64,000 nucleotides of DNA. It comes from Octopus vulgaris. Its lineage: Eukaryota. The notes below the pieces were generated by a model that was given only the letters and a program-made list of their open reading frames with translations, did not search any database and was not told the origin of the DNA. The DNA is taken from assembly GCA_951406725.2 (NCBI GenBank), contig OX597817.1:46438001-46502000 (forward strand). Direction: 5' to 3'. This document shows, piece by piece, positions 26,343 to 42,022 of the stretch (position 1 is its first letter; every line of letters begins with the position of its first letter). The translations under genes and the position numbers were made by a program.

Positions 26343-27857
26343 CGCACGCTGTGTTGTGTGTCACTTCACCCGTGTCTTTGCCGCACGTAGTCAATAGCGT
26401 GGAACGCCGTCTTTCTGACTTGGACGTTACGGCAAATGTAACAAAAGTGGTTTTACGATGTTTATACAGATTCTTGGCATTGTGAAAGTGAATGGACAGT
26501 ATTGCCAAACTTCAGAGACTCATTCACTCATATAGCTGGAGTTATGATTTCACCAGGTTAATTCTATTCATAAACATTTGAATTAGGAGTATATCTTAAA
26601 CCGTTAGATTCACATTTCTTTTTTTGGGCGGGGAGGACAAATTTTTTGTTGAGGAGTGTAATTCGTATCGTAGTTTACAAATCCAAGCATGAAAACGTTA
26701 CTCAACATGAATGCATAAAAGTACATATAAACTTATATATGAATACATACATCTACATGTACTTATATATTAATGATGTACATAGATACATAACAGGTGT
26801 ACATAATACTGAAATATGCATAAAGTAAACACACGCAGACAAATATATTAGTATAACAAATTTTTAAAAATAATGAAAACATACAATCAATAAAGAAACA
26901 AAAGAAACAGTACGATGATACATGATACATTAGGTATTTCTGTCTAATTAGAAACCTACAATGAACAGTCATATCGCAGATGCTAAACTTTAACTTTAAC
27001 AGGGTACAACCTTCAAGTTGACTCCGCTCCGCTAAACGCCGAAACTTTCTGTCTCGTATTGACTCAAGATACACAGTTTTTCCGATTTTTAAACCACTGG
27101 AACTTTTTCCTCCAATTTTTTTTCCTCCACAAAAACATACCTTCATAGCAATGAGACTGGAAGACTACATTATCATAGCCGATTTTCAGATTTTCTACTT
27201 TCTTGTAAAAAATGCATATTTGGCGAACCAGCTTGACAAGATCCATATTATGGGCGTGCGTGAGTGTGTGTGCATGTATGTGTGTATGTGTGTGTGTATG
27301 AAAAATGGAATAAATAATGGGTTTTATTCGCTTATTAATGCATAATTTTCTTACAGCTGTTTCTGTTATACATTTGCTGTGGGTCTATTATTCAGTTTAC
27401 ACAATCGATGGATTGAAATTATAGTGAACGACAGTTACAATGTAAAAAAAACCCATAAAACTAAACAACACAAAATAATAGAAATAGTGTACAATAAAAA
27501 AATAACGGGCAAATAAATATACGCACATAAACACACACACGCATATATATATATATACATGTATATAGACATATAACAGATAGAGAGATAGATAGATATA
27601 TATGTGCGTGCGTGTGTGTGTGTGTATTTAATGCCTTTGAGTGCCATGAGTCCTCTATACAGCTAAGCGCTTTAGGGGCGCAAAACCAATGGTCAGACTA
27701 CGAGAGGCCAGAACTTTTAACTTCTTAAAATAAGCATTTTGCTGTCAATGCTTACAGCATGCTTTTTTTTCTTTTGGAAATATGAACTACTGAGGATATG
27801 GATATATATATATGTACATATATATCTATACATATATATATATATATATATCACATG

Positions 27858-27903
<46 letters not shown>

Positions 27904-28101
27904 GTATGTATATATGTATGTATATATGTATGTATGTATGTATGTGTGAATGTATGTATTGATAGAAATGGTAAGACAACAAAAGAATGAAAGAGACTTC
28001 AGTATTATATATATATATATGTGTGTGTGTGTGTATGCATGTATGTTTGTATGTATGTATGTATGTATGTATGTATGTATGTATGTATATGTGTATATAT
28101 A

Positions 28102-28520
28102 CCTGTTGCATGGTCGGGTCATTGGCGACTAAACCGGCAACCCCACCAAGCTTGCTTGGTGAGGAGGGTGTTTATTGGACACCCTGCGGGAGGAAAAACA
28201 AAACCCGTCAAAGGGCGGAGGAACTCTTGAGAGTCAACGGCCATCCAATAAATGCCTTAAGGCTGTATCATGCGCGGGAACATAGAAATAATCGGACTGA
28301 ATACCCGATAGCGCGGTTAAACCACTGGAAGTGAAGGTAACTCAGGAAACTGGGATAACTCCGACATAAAACTGCGTCTCAGTGGTTACCGATGATGTTG
28401 ACTTGTTCTTCTTTTCGGATTATGGCTGCTGTTGCTTAGTGAGTGGGATTGACTCAGTGCACAGCCTTTCCTCACTTTAAAAAAAAATCTTCTTGCACAG
28501 GCATTGCACGATAACAACAT
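28102..28520. mobile_element. GC-rich, hairpin-dense segment, probably a LINE 5' UTR or non-autonomous derivative
   Basis: Sharp compositional shift after a microsatellite, several short stem-loops, no coding signal. Confidence 0.4.
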
Positions 28521-29052
28521 TGATTAAGCTTCGTGCAATGGCCATACTCGATAACGAAGGGGCAGCCACCATATATACACACCCGTCTTCGTCTTTCTTT
28601 TTTTTTTGTAAATATATATATATATATACAAAAATGGTATAATTATGAGTATAATTATAATTAGGGTTCAGCAAAAATGTGCTTCATCACATACCGAAAT
28701 TTAGAAATAGCAGTTAAAACTATGTATTTCACTACCATAAGAAAATCTCCCAACGAAACTGGTTTGTAATTAATCTATATATTTGTGATAAATTTATATA
28801 TCTTGTATTTTTTCATTTGTCTTGCTCGATTACTTTCTGGCGTTTTCTAAATTTTCTTGAGAACATTCCTTTCTTAATGGTAAGACCATAGGGGTCTACT
28901 TCTAGCATATGGATATCCACTTAGCGGTCATCCACCTTATATGTATGTAAAGCAATTTTTCTGAATCTTCCGATTTTTCTATATGCTAGACCACTGGTTT
29001 CAAATGGATATTAATCAAATTAATATACAATTTTTCACCCTTGTTATTTTAA

Positions 29053-29108
<56 letters not shown>

Positions 29109-29174
29109 GCATGTATATATACATATGTGTGTGTGTTTGTATGTGTGTATAATGTGTACAGATATTAAAGATTG

Positions 29175-29377
29175 AGAAAAATAGTCGCCAGAATTTTGGA
29201 AAAAAAGTTTTTATTTATTCATTATTATTAACGCTTTCATTCGTTTCTCGAACATGTCCAATAAAACAAAAAATAAAATAAAATTCTATTTGACAAGTTC
29301 GAGAAACGAACGAAAGCGTTAATAATAATGAATAAATAAAAAGATTCTGTTTCCAAAATCCTTGCGACCTTTTTCTC
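29175..29377. repeat. Inverted repeat whose arms contain a U3-A8 hammerhead-like motif
   Basis: Right arm UUGACAA-GUUCG-AGAAA-CGAAC-GAAAGCGUUA at 29290-29321. The left arm is a mutated mirror. Confidence 0.8.
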
Positions 29378-29506
29378 AATATATATATGCGTGTGTGTGT
29401 GTATGTGTGTGTGTGTGTGTGTGTGTTTATTTGTGTGTGTGTCCGGATGTTTTATTGTCGTCTGTCGCGTTTTTCTTCCATTTTTCTATATGTATATATA
29501 TATGTC

Positions 29507-29543
<37 letters not shown>

Positions 29544-29909
29544 ATGTATGTATGTATGTATGTATGTATGTATGTATGTATGTATGCATGCATGCATGTA
29601 TGTATGTATGTATGTATGTATGTATGTATGTATGTATGTATGCATGTATAAGAATATGAGGGATTTGGTTCACTAATGATCGGAACAAATAGGTACGCTG
29701 CGTATATGCTACAATTGATCATCCGTTAGGATCCAAGCTCACAGCTGAGGCCAGTGCTAGGGATCTGAAGTAGTCTAGGCTCGAAACATAAAATACTTTC
29801 TCACTTACCGAGCGTTAAACTAATACATATTTTTATTGTTTACACACCCGTCTTCGTCTTTCTTTTTTTTTTTTCGGACATTTTCACTATATATATTTTT
29901 GAATTATAG

Positions 29910-30063
29910 ATATCAGCAGGGATCAGCAAACAGATTGTTTGCTCAAATTATAAAGAAGAACATCATAAAGGTTCATTGGTACAGTGGTGTTCTGGCTGGC
30001 GAAAGACAGCGATTTCGTAACCCCGACCGTTCCAGCATCCCTTGTGTTGCTGAACTGAATTTG
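29910..30063 (+). CDS. Candidate internal coding exon, unknown product
   Basis: Non-repetitive and GC-balanced. AG at 29908-29909, donor TTG|GTATGA. One open + frame YQQGSANRLF..IPCVAELNL. The minus strand is also open, so the strand is uncertain. Confidence 0.25.
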
Positions 30064-30302
30064 GTATGAGCACAAATTCGTCGATGAAAAGAAAAGCTTT
30101 TGTCCTGTGACAAACACATCAAAGATTAACAAAATCGCGTTCGAATCTGCCAGAAGTTTTAAGAATGAATTTGCATGCCATCGCTTTGATTCTAGTTGTG
30201 GTCCTTGCAAAAATGCATATGCATATATATATATATGCAAACAGATATACTTATAAACATATATATATTCATATACATATATAAAGGTAAATATATACGT
30301 AT

Positions 30303-30355
<53 letters not shown>

Positions 30356-30491
30356 TGCAGGTATATACATAATCATATATATACATATATGTATAAATAT
30401 ATATGTATGTATCTATGTATAAATAAATAATTAAATATATATATACTTATATATATATATGCAGGTATATACATAAGCATATATATACATT

Positions 30492-30523
<32 letters not shown>

Positions 30524-30598
30524 ATATTTATATATATATATATATATAATATATATATATATTTAACTATGTATAAATAAATAATTAAATATATATAC

Positions 30599-30652
<54 letters not shown>

Positions 30653-30684
30653 CATATATATATATAACTATATAAATAAATAAT

Positions 30685-30721
<37 letters not shown>

Positions 30722-31837
30722 TTAATTTATATGGTTATTGACAATTTGTCTATTTTCGGCATTTTTGGCATTAAAATGTTTTTCTTTTGCCCTTGTTTAT
30801 AAGTTGTTTATATATTTATATATATTTATATATACATACATATACATATATACGTATATATACTCTTAAAAATCTATAAATTGTTGAGAAGAAACCTACA
30901 AATATTCTCAGAAGTGCTTCTGTTTTCCAGATGTAGGTAAGAAATGCTGAATTAAATATTCTAACATAAACCTCACAAGCCATATCTCGGTAGAAACTCT
31001 GAACATACGATTGCAACTTCTAGTTGTTGTATTGTGTTTTAGAAAACTCATACAATACAAATAAGCATGTTCAATATAAATATTTAGACTTATGCGGACA
31101 GAAATAACTCGTGTTAAAACGTCACACTCACCAAACAAAACACGCTATAAATAAACAATAGAGAAAATAGTTTAGTTTTCAGCCTATCCAGACAGTCCTT
31201 CCACCACCAACTTCCATCCCTCTGTCGCTCGCTCTCAACACTTTTCATTCACTCTCTTCATCTCTATCTTTCTTTTACACATACACATATACAAGGGTAA
31301 ATCATCGAATTTTAGGTAAGCAGCAGCACGTTCGTGTAAGTTGTGTTAGTTTTTTTTTTTTTTTAGTGAGCGCTGCTTTCTATTTTATTATTATATTTTT
31401 ACTACTAAGCTTTCATTAATCAGTCCGAAATTCAGTAAAAAAAAATCAACCAGCAGCAAAAAAAAACAACAACCAAATAAGAAACAGCAATTAGATATAA
31501 AACAAAACAAAATAAATAAAATAACGATTATTTTTTCTCGTTTGTTTCAGGTTTTTTATAGCACATTTTTACGTATTTTTACGTATTTCTTGGCGGCGTA
31601 TTTTTACGCATTTCTTTGCGTATTCGTATTATCATTAAGATTAATCTGTTTGATAAATTAATAATTAGCCAGACGAAAATAAATATACTCTACTCGTCAG
31701 AAAGCAATAATTTTATATTTCCAGCAATAACGGATACACACTTCTATAGCGATCGATTAGATTTTTCGAGATAAATCAATAAATCTGTATATAGATGTCG
31801 CTACAGCCTCCTACAGTCGCTCTAAACGATGACAATG

Positions 31838-31892
<55 letters not shown>

Positions 31893-31920
31893 TTATTTTT
31901 ATTATTATTATTATTATCAA

Positions 31921-31956
<36 letters not shown>

Positions 31957-32067
31957 GATTATTACTATTATTATTATTATTATTACTACTACTATTATTA
32001 TTATTATTATTATTATTATTATCATCATCATCATCATCATCATTATTATTATTATTATTATTATCAA

Positions 32068-32135
<68 letters not shown>
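31838..32135. repeat. (ATT)n/(ATC)n microsatellite
   Basis: Directly visible. Confidence 0.97.
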
Positions 32136-32136
<1 letters not shown>

Positions 32137-32657
32137 TGTTGTTGTTGGTATCATTATAATGATGTTTATGATCGTGATGAACAGAACGATGTTATTTTCT
32201 ATTGATATACGAATAGTATGTTTGTTTGTTTGGTTGATTTTTGCATTTTGTCTTTTGTTTTTGTTTTTGTTTTTATTTTGCATTATTCGTCTTCTTTCTC
32301 TCATCCTTTCTTTCTTCTTCCACGTGAGGTAGGAAGCTGTTTTACTAATGTATTTCTAACTGTTGTAAAATGAAATATTTATAGTTTGGGAAGGAAACTA
32401 TTATCGATATTCAAAATTGCCAAATAACACAGGCGTCGAGCCGATAATCGAAAATGATATTTCGCTTGATGATAATTGCATTACTCTTGTCAGCCACATC
32501 GCATTATTAGATGGCCTGGTGTAAGATTCTTTGCGTCACAGACTTTACTGTACACGTTTAATACTTTGTGTATACCTATGATATTTCATCCCTTGTTTTA
32601 TACATGTAAACATACATACATACATACACATATATATACATATATTCGTATATACAT

Positions 32658-32695
<38 letters not shown>

Positions 32696-32773
32696 GCATA
32701 TATATATATGCATATATATATATGCATATATATATATACATATATATATACATATATACATACATATATATAC

Positions 32774-32828
<55 letters not shown>

Positions 32829-32863
32829 TGTGTGTGTGTGTGTGTATATGTATATATATATAT

Positions 32864-32894
<31 letters not shown>

Positions 32895-32895
32895 G

Positions 32896-32929
<34 letters not shown>

Positions 32930-33423
32930 TATATCTTATTGATATTTAGCAGAAGTAACAGAGTGACACGCGGACGTGCATTAACACTTCTCAAACTAGT
33001 GTAGTAAGTGCTAACGCATGAAACTCGTGGTCGTGGGAACTGTTCATTTTTTCTGCTAACGATTAATTAAAAATATAGATAGGCAACCAGACACACGGAT
33101 AGATAGATAAATAGATAAATAGATAGATAGATAGATAGATACATACATACATACATACATAAATACATACATACATACATACATACATACATACACACAT
33201 GCATAGATGGGTAGGTGGGTAGGTAGGTAGGTAGGTAGGTAGGTAGGTAGGTAGGTAGGTAGGTAGCTTGGTTGCTAGATAGTTAGACGGACAGACAGAC
33301 AGATAGATATGTAGAAATGTTTCTTTATTAGCCACACAGGGCTGCACACAGACAGGACAAATTACAAAGTGGAGCTTTTCTTTTTGGGGAGAAAAAAAGG
33401 GAAAGAAAAAAGAAAACGAAAAA

Positions 33424-33510
<87 letters not shown>

Positions 33511-33850
33511 TGTTGGTAGGTAGATATGTTTCTTTATTAGCCACACTGAAGCAAGTAAAAGCGTAAAAGAGAGTATATATTTACCCGAATTAAATTATTC
33601 TATATAACTTGAAATATTCGTCCTGCATTGGTGTTCATTGTCTTTTTTTAATCCCTAATATCAAATATACCTACTAACACAGAGGCCTAATGCGGATCCC
33701 TAGTTCCAGCCTCAGCTGCGAACCTTCAACATAACGAATGACCAATTCAAGCACTTATTCAACATACCTATTCCATTAGATCACCAGTGAACTACGCTCC
33801 TCATACTCTCTCCCTCGCGTTCTGTCTCCTTTATCTCTCTCTCTCTCTCT

Positions 33851-33910
<60 letters not shown>

Positions 33911-33918
33911 TATATATG

Positions 33919-34147
33919 AAAAATAGAAAAGAGTGAAAAACTACAGAAGGCTTGTTTTTTAAGGTTAAAGAATATATTTAAGTCGTTATGTTAGAAAAAT
34001 GTTACAAATAGTTTTGGGAGAAATTTCTCCAAAAACTATGTTACTATACTCAAAATTTTCTAACATTTTTCTAACATAACGACTTAAATATATTCTTTAA
34101 CCTTATAAAACAAGCCTTCTTTAAGCTTTTCACTCTTTTCTATTTTT
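33919..34147. repeat. Inverted repeat, arms about 80 bp
   Basis: AAGGTTAAAGAATATATTTAAGTCGTTATGTTAGAAAAATGTTA is mirrored at about 34061-34105. Confidence 0.85.
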
Positions 34148-34189
34148 TATACAACCAACCACGTGCTTTCACACACCAACTTTCTCACC

Positions 34190-34220
<31 letters not shown>

Positions 34221-34282
34221 ATTATTATTATCATTAATAGTAGGGAATATAAAGTTCTGTGCAGGGCCCATAAATATATACA

Positions 34283-34337
<55 letters not shown>

Positions 34338-34425
34338 TACGATAGAGGCGAGAGAGGCAGAGAGGCAGACAGACCTACATACAGAAGTAGGTACATTAGT
34401 CTTACGTGTACACACACACATGCAC

Positions 34426-34475
<50 letters not shown>

Positions 34476-35129
34476 TAATAATAACTGGAAAAGTATCCAC
34501 TCCTGGACCTCTGTTATATACTAAACAACTTATATAGAAAGATATGACTACTGTATTGAAGGACAGACTTTGGGAAAGAGATATCTGATCTATAGCAGAC
34601 AGACGCATGCCTGTAAACCACTACGCTTCATAGTCGCAAAATATTGCTGATTGAATAGTAACGTGGAAGGTAACACCTACATAAAAACTCTCCAAAGATG
34701 TCCACGAGTTACTAGCTTCCAATGAGATATGATACTGTTATGCAGAATCGATATGTATTCATGCTTTTATTAAAAGTGATACAGGCTGGCAGAAAATTTC
34801 AATAAAGACAGTTATGTGTTGCTCACTTCACGGAGTTGATATTGTTCCATGGGACAGAGAACAAGTCAGGAACTGTTGTCATGTTCATCTGTATTGTCCG
34901 TATAAATATGACTTCTACCACTGTAGAATTTTCAGAAAATTTAGATGAGATGCTACCTGAGTTACAGCTCATTTATCTTGTTTTTATATTGTTACCTATG
35001 TGTATGGTCATAGGTGTACCAGGTTGTGGAAATATGCGATAAAACTTGTGTATTCGGAGGTTTTCCAAGAAAGAACGAAGCAAGTCGACATCCACTTTCA
35101 CAAATCAAACACAAACGTGCATATAGATA

Positions 35130-35385
35130 TACGGTGTGCGGTGGGTAAATTGTAGCAATATTTTATTTATAATTTCGCGAATGCACATTACTTGTTTGGG
35201 ATTTTGTTGACTACACAGTATAGTAGGGTCCTTTGCGCACCGTCTGTGAGAAAACACTATCGTGAGGCAATTTACTCTGCCAGAAATTTGGAAATGGCCT
35301 ACTGTCCTACTGGGCTTTCACGCCAGAAGCTCTAATACAGAACATTTTAGAAAGCTTGGGTATCATTCTGAGGACAGTGCATGCA
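35130..35385 (+). mobile_element. Possible left end of a Tc1/mariner element
   Basis: Begins TA-CGGTGTGCGG, followed by a decayed frame QFTLPEIWK..VLLG that could be a transposase N-terminus. Confidence 0.35.
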
Positions 35386-35414
35386 GACACACACACATAC
35401 ATTAGTCACACATA

Positions 35415-36265
<851 letters not shown>

Positions 36266-36456
36266 CCGGATGCCGGACAGAGGGGTCACACAGGAGAGCT
36301 AGAAAGAAGGGGAGATAGTAAAATAGTGGTGATCCCAAAACCAAGGTGCGCGTGCGTGTGTATAAGAGAGCATGTATGTGTGGGTGGTGACCTTGACATG
36401 TGCGTGTGTGGATGATGGTATGGGTGCTGGTAAGTGATCAGTGCTAGAGTGTGCGT

Positions 36457-36508
<52 letters not shown>

Positions 36509-36972
36509 CATTAAATGAAATAGAGAAATACAACTGTCAAACTAAAATTTTATTTACATTATATTATACTATAATACACTATAAAAAGGTATAATATAAC
36601 ATAACAAATTTTTAAAACTTATAGCACCACCAATTTGTCTCAACTTATATACACTAGTGAATTTATAAAAAGAAAATTGTCATCTATATATACAAGCCAC
36701 TTCAGAGCCTTTGTTAAAAAAAACCCAGACGAAATTCCATGTAAGACTGTCAAATGACAAAAATACTCAAAAGGAAAGGAATTGTTTTTTTTCGTTTGAT
36801 TTATGGTTATATATACAGACACATACACGCACACACATTTTTTCCTCATATTATTCCTTTCTGTTGAAAAGCGTAGGCTCGAAACGTCAAACTATTACAC
36901 CTGCTTGTTGTTCATACACCTGTCTTCGTCTTTCGTTTTCCGTAAATTTGAAATCTATATATCTGTGTGTAC

Positions 36973-37003
<31 letters not shown>

Positions 37004-37189
37004 AGCAACAGTTTGCAATGTCTCACCAAAACGGAGAATTATAAGTGACGCAAAATGTGATTAAGGTGTTAAACACACCTACATTGCAAGACATAAGAGC
37101 TAAAATGCTTTAATGCGGTAGTGAAGGCACATAAGCGTAAACACTGATAGTGTATATATTCTTTTGTTCTTTAATTCATAATTTGTCTC

Positions 37190-37860
37190 AATAATTTGAG
37201 TGCGGCCATGCTAGAGCACCGCCTTTAGTCCAAGAAATCGATTTGTTCTTTGTAAGCCTAGTACTTATTCTATCGCTAAGTTACGGGAGCGTAAATACAC
37301 AAACATCGATTGAAAAGTGATAGTGGGGGACAAGCAGAGACACAACCATAGACACACACACCCTTCTGTGGAAGAGTGTAGACTCGAAACGTTAAAGACT
37401 TTTTCACTTCCCGAGCGTTATACTGATAGATTTGTTTGTTGTCTACACCACCTGTCTTTGTCTTTTGTTTTTTTTTTGTGTATATATATATATATGTGTG
37501 TGTGTGTGTATATAGTTAATCCTAACAAGAAAGCACAAAAAAACACAACCACGCGAGGACGTGGAACACATATAGTATTATTGGACGCTCAGGAAAAAAA
37601 GAAAGAAGGAGGGTTTAACGTTTCGAGCGGAGCTCTTCGTCGGAAACATAGGAGAAGGAAAGATCCAGAGAAGGGAAGACAGAGGAAAAAAATCGCTAAC
37701 GGTACACACGCGGTCACGACGGGCTTCGTTCAGTTTCCCTCTACCAAATCCACTCACAAGACTTTGATTGGTCCGGGGCTATAGTAAAAGACACTTGCCC
37801 AAGGTGCCATGCAGTCGGACTGAACCTGGAACCAAGATACTCACAACACAGCCCCTCCTG
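37190..37860 (-). mobile_element. SINE family B with nested family H (37360-37478) and family G (37515-37716) insertions
   Basis: The B tail (37190-37360) and B head (37716-37860) are separated at the internal microsatellite. Confidence 0.8.
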
Positions 37861-38031
37861 TACGTTGACTACAGCCTTAGGAAATCTTAGCTCTTATTTC
37901 TAACAATGTATGCGTTTCTTATAGCCTAATCACATCTAGTGAGAGTTATATATTTATGTATAAGACCGCGTGTGTACCGTTGGCGATTTTTTTCCTCCGT
38001 CTTCCCTTCTCTGGATCTTTGCTTTTCCTGT

Positions 38032-38066
38032 GTTTCTGACGAAGAGCTCCGCTCGAAACGTAAGAC
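38032..38066 (+). ncRNA. Minimal hammerhead with intact core (family G, 37965-38170)
   Basis: GUUU-CUGACGA-A-GAGC-UCC-GCUC-GAA-ACGU-A/AGAC. The inverted partner at 37613-37647 has U4C. Confidence 0.78.
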
Positions 38067-38169
38067 CCTCTTTCTTTTCTTTCCTTTCCTGAGCGTCCAA
38101 TAATACTAAATTTGTTCTACGTCCTCGCGTTGTTGAGTTTTCTCTTTGTGTTTTCATGTTTGGATTAAC

Positions 38170-38201
<32 letters not shown>

Positions 38202-39019
38202 GACACACGCACACATACACACACACACATATATACATATAACCGTGTGTGTTGAGTGTGTGTGCATATATAAATGCATGTTTGACAGTAAACAAAGCTA
38301 CAAACGCGCACAATGTGAGTGCTGAAATGCTTAAGTCCATGTTTCTGTCTGTGTGTGTGTATATATATATATATATACATGCGTATGGGATGCTGTTCAT
38401 GTGTGTGTGTGTATGCGTGCTGTTTTTTTATGGACATTTCCAACCAGGGCCTGTAAAACTTGTGAAAGAAAACACCGAATGAATTGTCTTGTCCTCTCAT
38501 GAGACGAAGATATTCTGATACGTGAAATATTCTGGATTTCAATGGTTTCAATAGAAAAAACTACAGTTAAATATGTTCCACAGTTTTATTGAATTTTGTA
38601 CAAAAATGTTATTTTAATATAATGGGGAAATCTAATTTGAACACAAATTTAGATTTAATTTAGAGCAGTGATTATATTTTCAGAGCAATGATTTTATTTT
38701 CATCCCAAGAAATAAATTTAGAAAGGCTCATCCCAAATGACATGTCTCCAGATTCGGAATAACAATGCAACTGTTGATATGAATAATTTATGTTATTTAC
38801 ACCGAGAGGAGATAAAATCACGAACAGCTCTCAAATACATACGCACGCATGCAGACATTCGCCCATCTATCTCTACGTGGTCATCTATCAATCTATCCAT
38901 GTAAATAACTCGTTCTCTCTCTCTCTCTCTCGCTATATATACATATATATATGTGTGTGTGTGTGCGTATAGTACATATATATCTTAACTGATATATATC
39001 TTAACTGAGAAATAGTATG

Positions 39020-39101
<82 letters not shown>

Positions 39102-41130
39102 TTTGTGTGTGTGTGTGTGTACATATATACATGTGTATATATATGTACATATATATACGTACATGTATACATATATACATCTATGTATACATATATATAA
39201 ATATATATATGCATATATATATATACATATATGCATGACCACATATATATATATATATATATATATATGTCTACATATATATATGAATATATGCATATAT
39301 ATATACATACATATATGTATATATACATATATATGTATATATATATGCATACATATATATATATACATATATATATATACATATACATATATACATGTAT
39401 ATATATGTGTATATATATATGTATATATATATACACGAACACCCACCCACACACGAGCACATGCATATGTGTATAGACATACGCAGAGATTTTGCGATTC
39501 GAGTGTGGAATGAGAGTGGATAAACTCATAAACACTCTCAGACAAATATACACGCATACATACGGATATCTAGCAATCAATACATTTTCTCCCTTTCCTT
39601 CTTTTTCTCCCGCTCTGTATACGCATACACACGCACACACGCAGACACATACTCACTGTGCGTGCGAGCGTGTACGTGTGAGTGTCCATCCATGCGTATA
39701 AAATCATATTTATAATTAGCCTGAATTACAAACCCATACTAATATGCTGAATGCGATGATAACAAAACATGCAGACAGACTTAGATGCCTTTTTTTTTCA
39801 TTGAACATATTAATGAATAATCCATTGTGTGTTCATTTACTGTGTCGGCTGCTCTCATAACTCATCCACGAACGGAACATCATTTATAGGTTTCTTTTGT
39901 TTAGCATTCGATCATATCTATTCTGTTTCCTCGCCTTTGAATGTCGTTGTCTCTGCTTCTTCTTAAGGTACAAAATCATTTTTTTTGCCTCTCTCGCACT
40001 GTATAAATCCCTAAGAATATTCCTAGTATTCAGACTGAAATCTTTACTTTAGGGAACTGTTCTGAACAGATAGACTTTCGCCCCTACTAAAGACGTTTTT
40101 TAACCAGTATCATAGCCTCGTCTTTGAGAACCGTATTATGAAAAACATCCGTTTTGAAATAAGGCGTCTAGATTTCTTGTGTATGATGCTTGTATGTAGA
40201 TAGTAAGAGATATGAAAAACGGCTCAGCACGGAAATTTTTCAAGTCGTCATAACCTTATGTCATATAGAATAACAAAAACGAAAAACTAGAAGATTAATC
40301 ATACGATCATTATTATTCCTAAAATATAACACGAAACTGAACACAGACTATACATCCTAGCTTCAAACTAACATTAGATACGATGCATTTTTTTTTTCAA
40401 TTTCTGAAGAAACCTGACGTCAAACGCTAAAAGATTGTACAGTCTGGTGATAACAAATGTGAAAGAAACAGCATCAATCATATGATGTACAGCTCTACGT
40501 TAAAATAACGGTAAACAACATTCACAGAAATTATTTCTTTGAAAAGATAAGGCAAGGAATATCAAGCACTGGCGACGGTCTTCTGGAAGTATATTGTTCC
40601 AAAGTAAAAAAAGAAAAATGGACGACAATGCGAATAACCTTAAATAAAAGTGGCATTGTGTATTTTTCCAATAATGCATGTTTTAGTAACAAAGTTGTTC
40701 CTTACACATAAACCCAGACAGATGAACACATACTATATATATATATATATGTGTGTGTATGTATGTATGTATGTATGTATGTATGTATGTATGTATGTAT
40801 GTATGTATGTATGTATGTATGTATGTATGAAGACAAAACAATAACACGATTGTGATAACATATCTTATTTCAAAGCCCATGCTATGATCAGTCGCATGAA
40901 CTTCTCTTAAGAAACAGTCTTGCTTCGACTAATTGTGATCGATACTGCGATCAATCGCTATTGAAATATGAGTTTGCCTTCTTTCACCAAGGACCGAACT
41001 TTTGACATCTCCAGGGCCTTGAGCAGATTAATATATATCCTGCATTTTGTATGACATATAAATGATATATTGGATAATGATAAATTCTATGCAAGACAGA
41101 GAATTTGTAAAAGCTGTAATGTACGTATGC

Positions 41131-41185
<55 letters not shown>

Positions 41186-41627
41186 TATGTATATATATAT
41201 GTATCTATATGTATTTATATTTTGATTTCATTTTTAGAATTTCTCACAAATAACGAATTGGTTTTTCTACTCCGGAGAGAATCTCTTCTTTAGAATCTAG
41301 AGGCTATCAACTTCATGGACGTGCATGTATGTATGTATGTATGTATGTATGTATGTATGTATGTATGTATGTATGTATGTATGTATGTGTGTGTGTATGT
41401 ATGTATGTATGTATGTATGTATGTATGTATGTATGTATGTATGTATGTATGTGTGTGTGTATGTATGTATGTATGTATGTATGTATGTATGTATGTATAT
41501 TAAACCTCAAGCGTTAGAATAATGTACAAGAAAGAATCAAAGTTGGGCAAATAAAGTTCACATATACATTTATTCAGCCCTAGACCTAACATGCATGGAT
41601 TTTTCCGAAAGTATATTCAATATATCA

Positions 41628-42022
41628 GATATGGCTGTGTGGTAAGTAGGTTCCTTACCAAACACATGGCTCCGGGTTAACTTCCACTGCGTGGCACCTT
41701 AGGCAAGTGTCTTCTAATGTAGCCTCGGGCCCACCAAAGCCTTGTCAGTGAATTTCGTAAACGGAAACTGAAAGAAGCCCGTCGTATATATGCATATATA
41801 TGTGCGTGTATATGTTTGGGGGTCTGTGTTTGTCCTCCCGACATCGCTTGACAACCGCTTTTGGTGTCTTTACGTCCCCGTAACTTAGCGGTTCGGAAAA
41901 AGAGACCGATAGAATAATTACTAGTTTACAAAGAGTAAGTACCAGGATCGATTTGTTCGACTAAAAGCGGTGCTCCAGTATAGCCGCAGTCAAGTGACTG
42001 AAACAAGTAATAGAGTAAAAGA
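41628..42022 (+). mobile_element. SINE family B
   Basis: TGGCTGTGTGGTAAG (A box)..GCACCTTAGGCAAGTGTCTTC..GTGCTCCAG tail. Confidence 0.9.
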
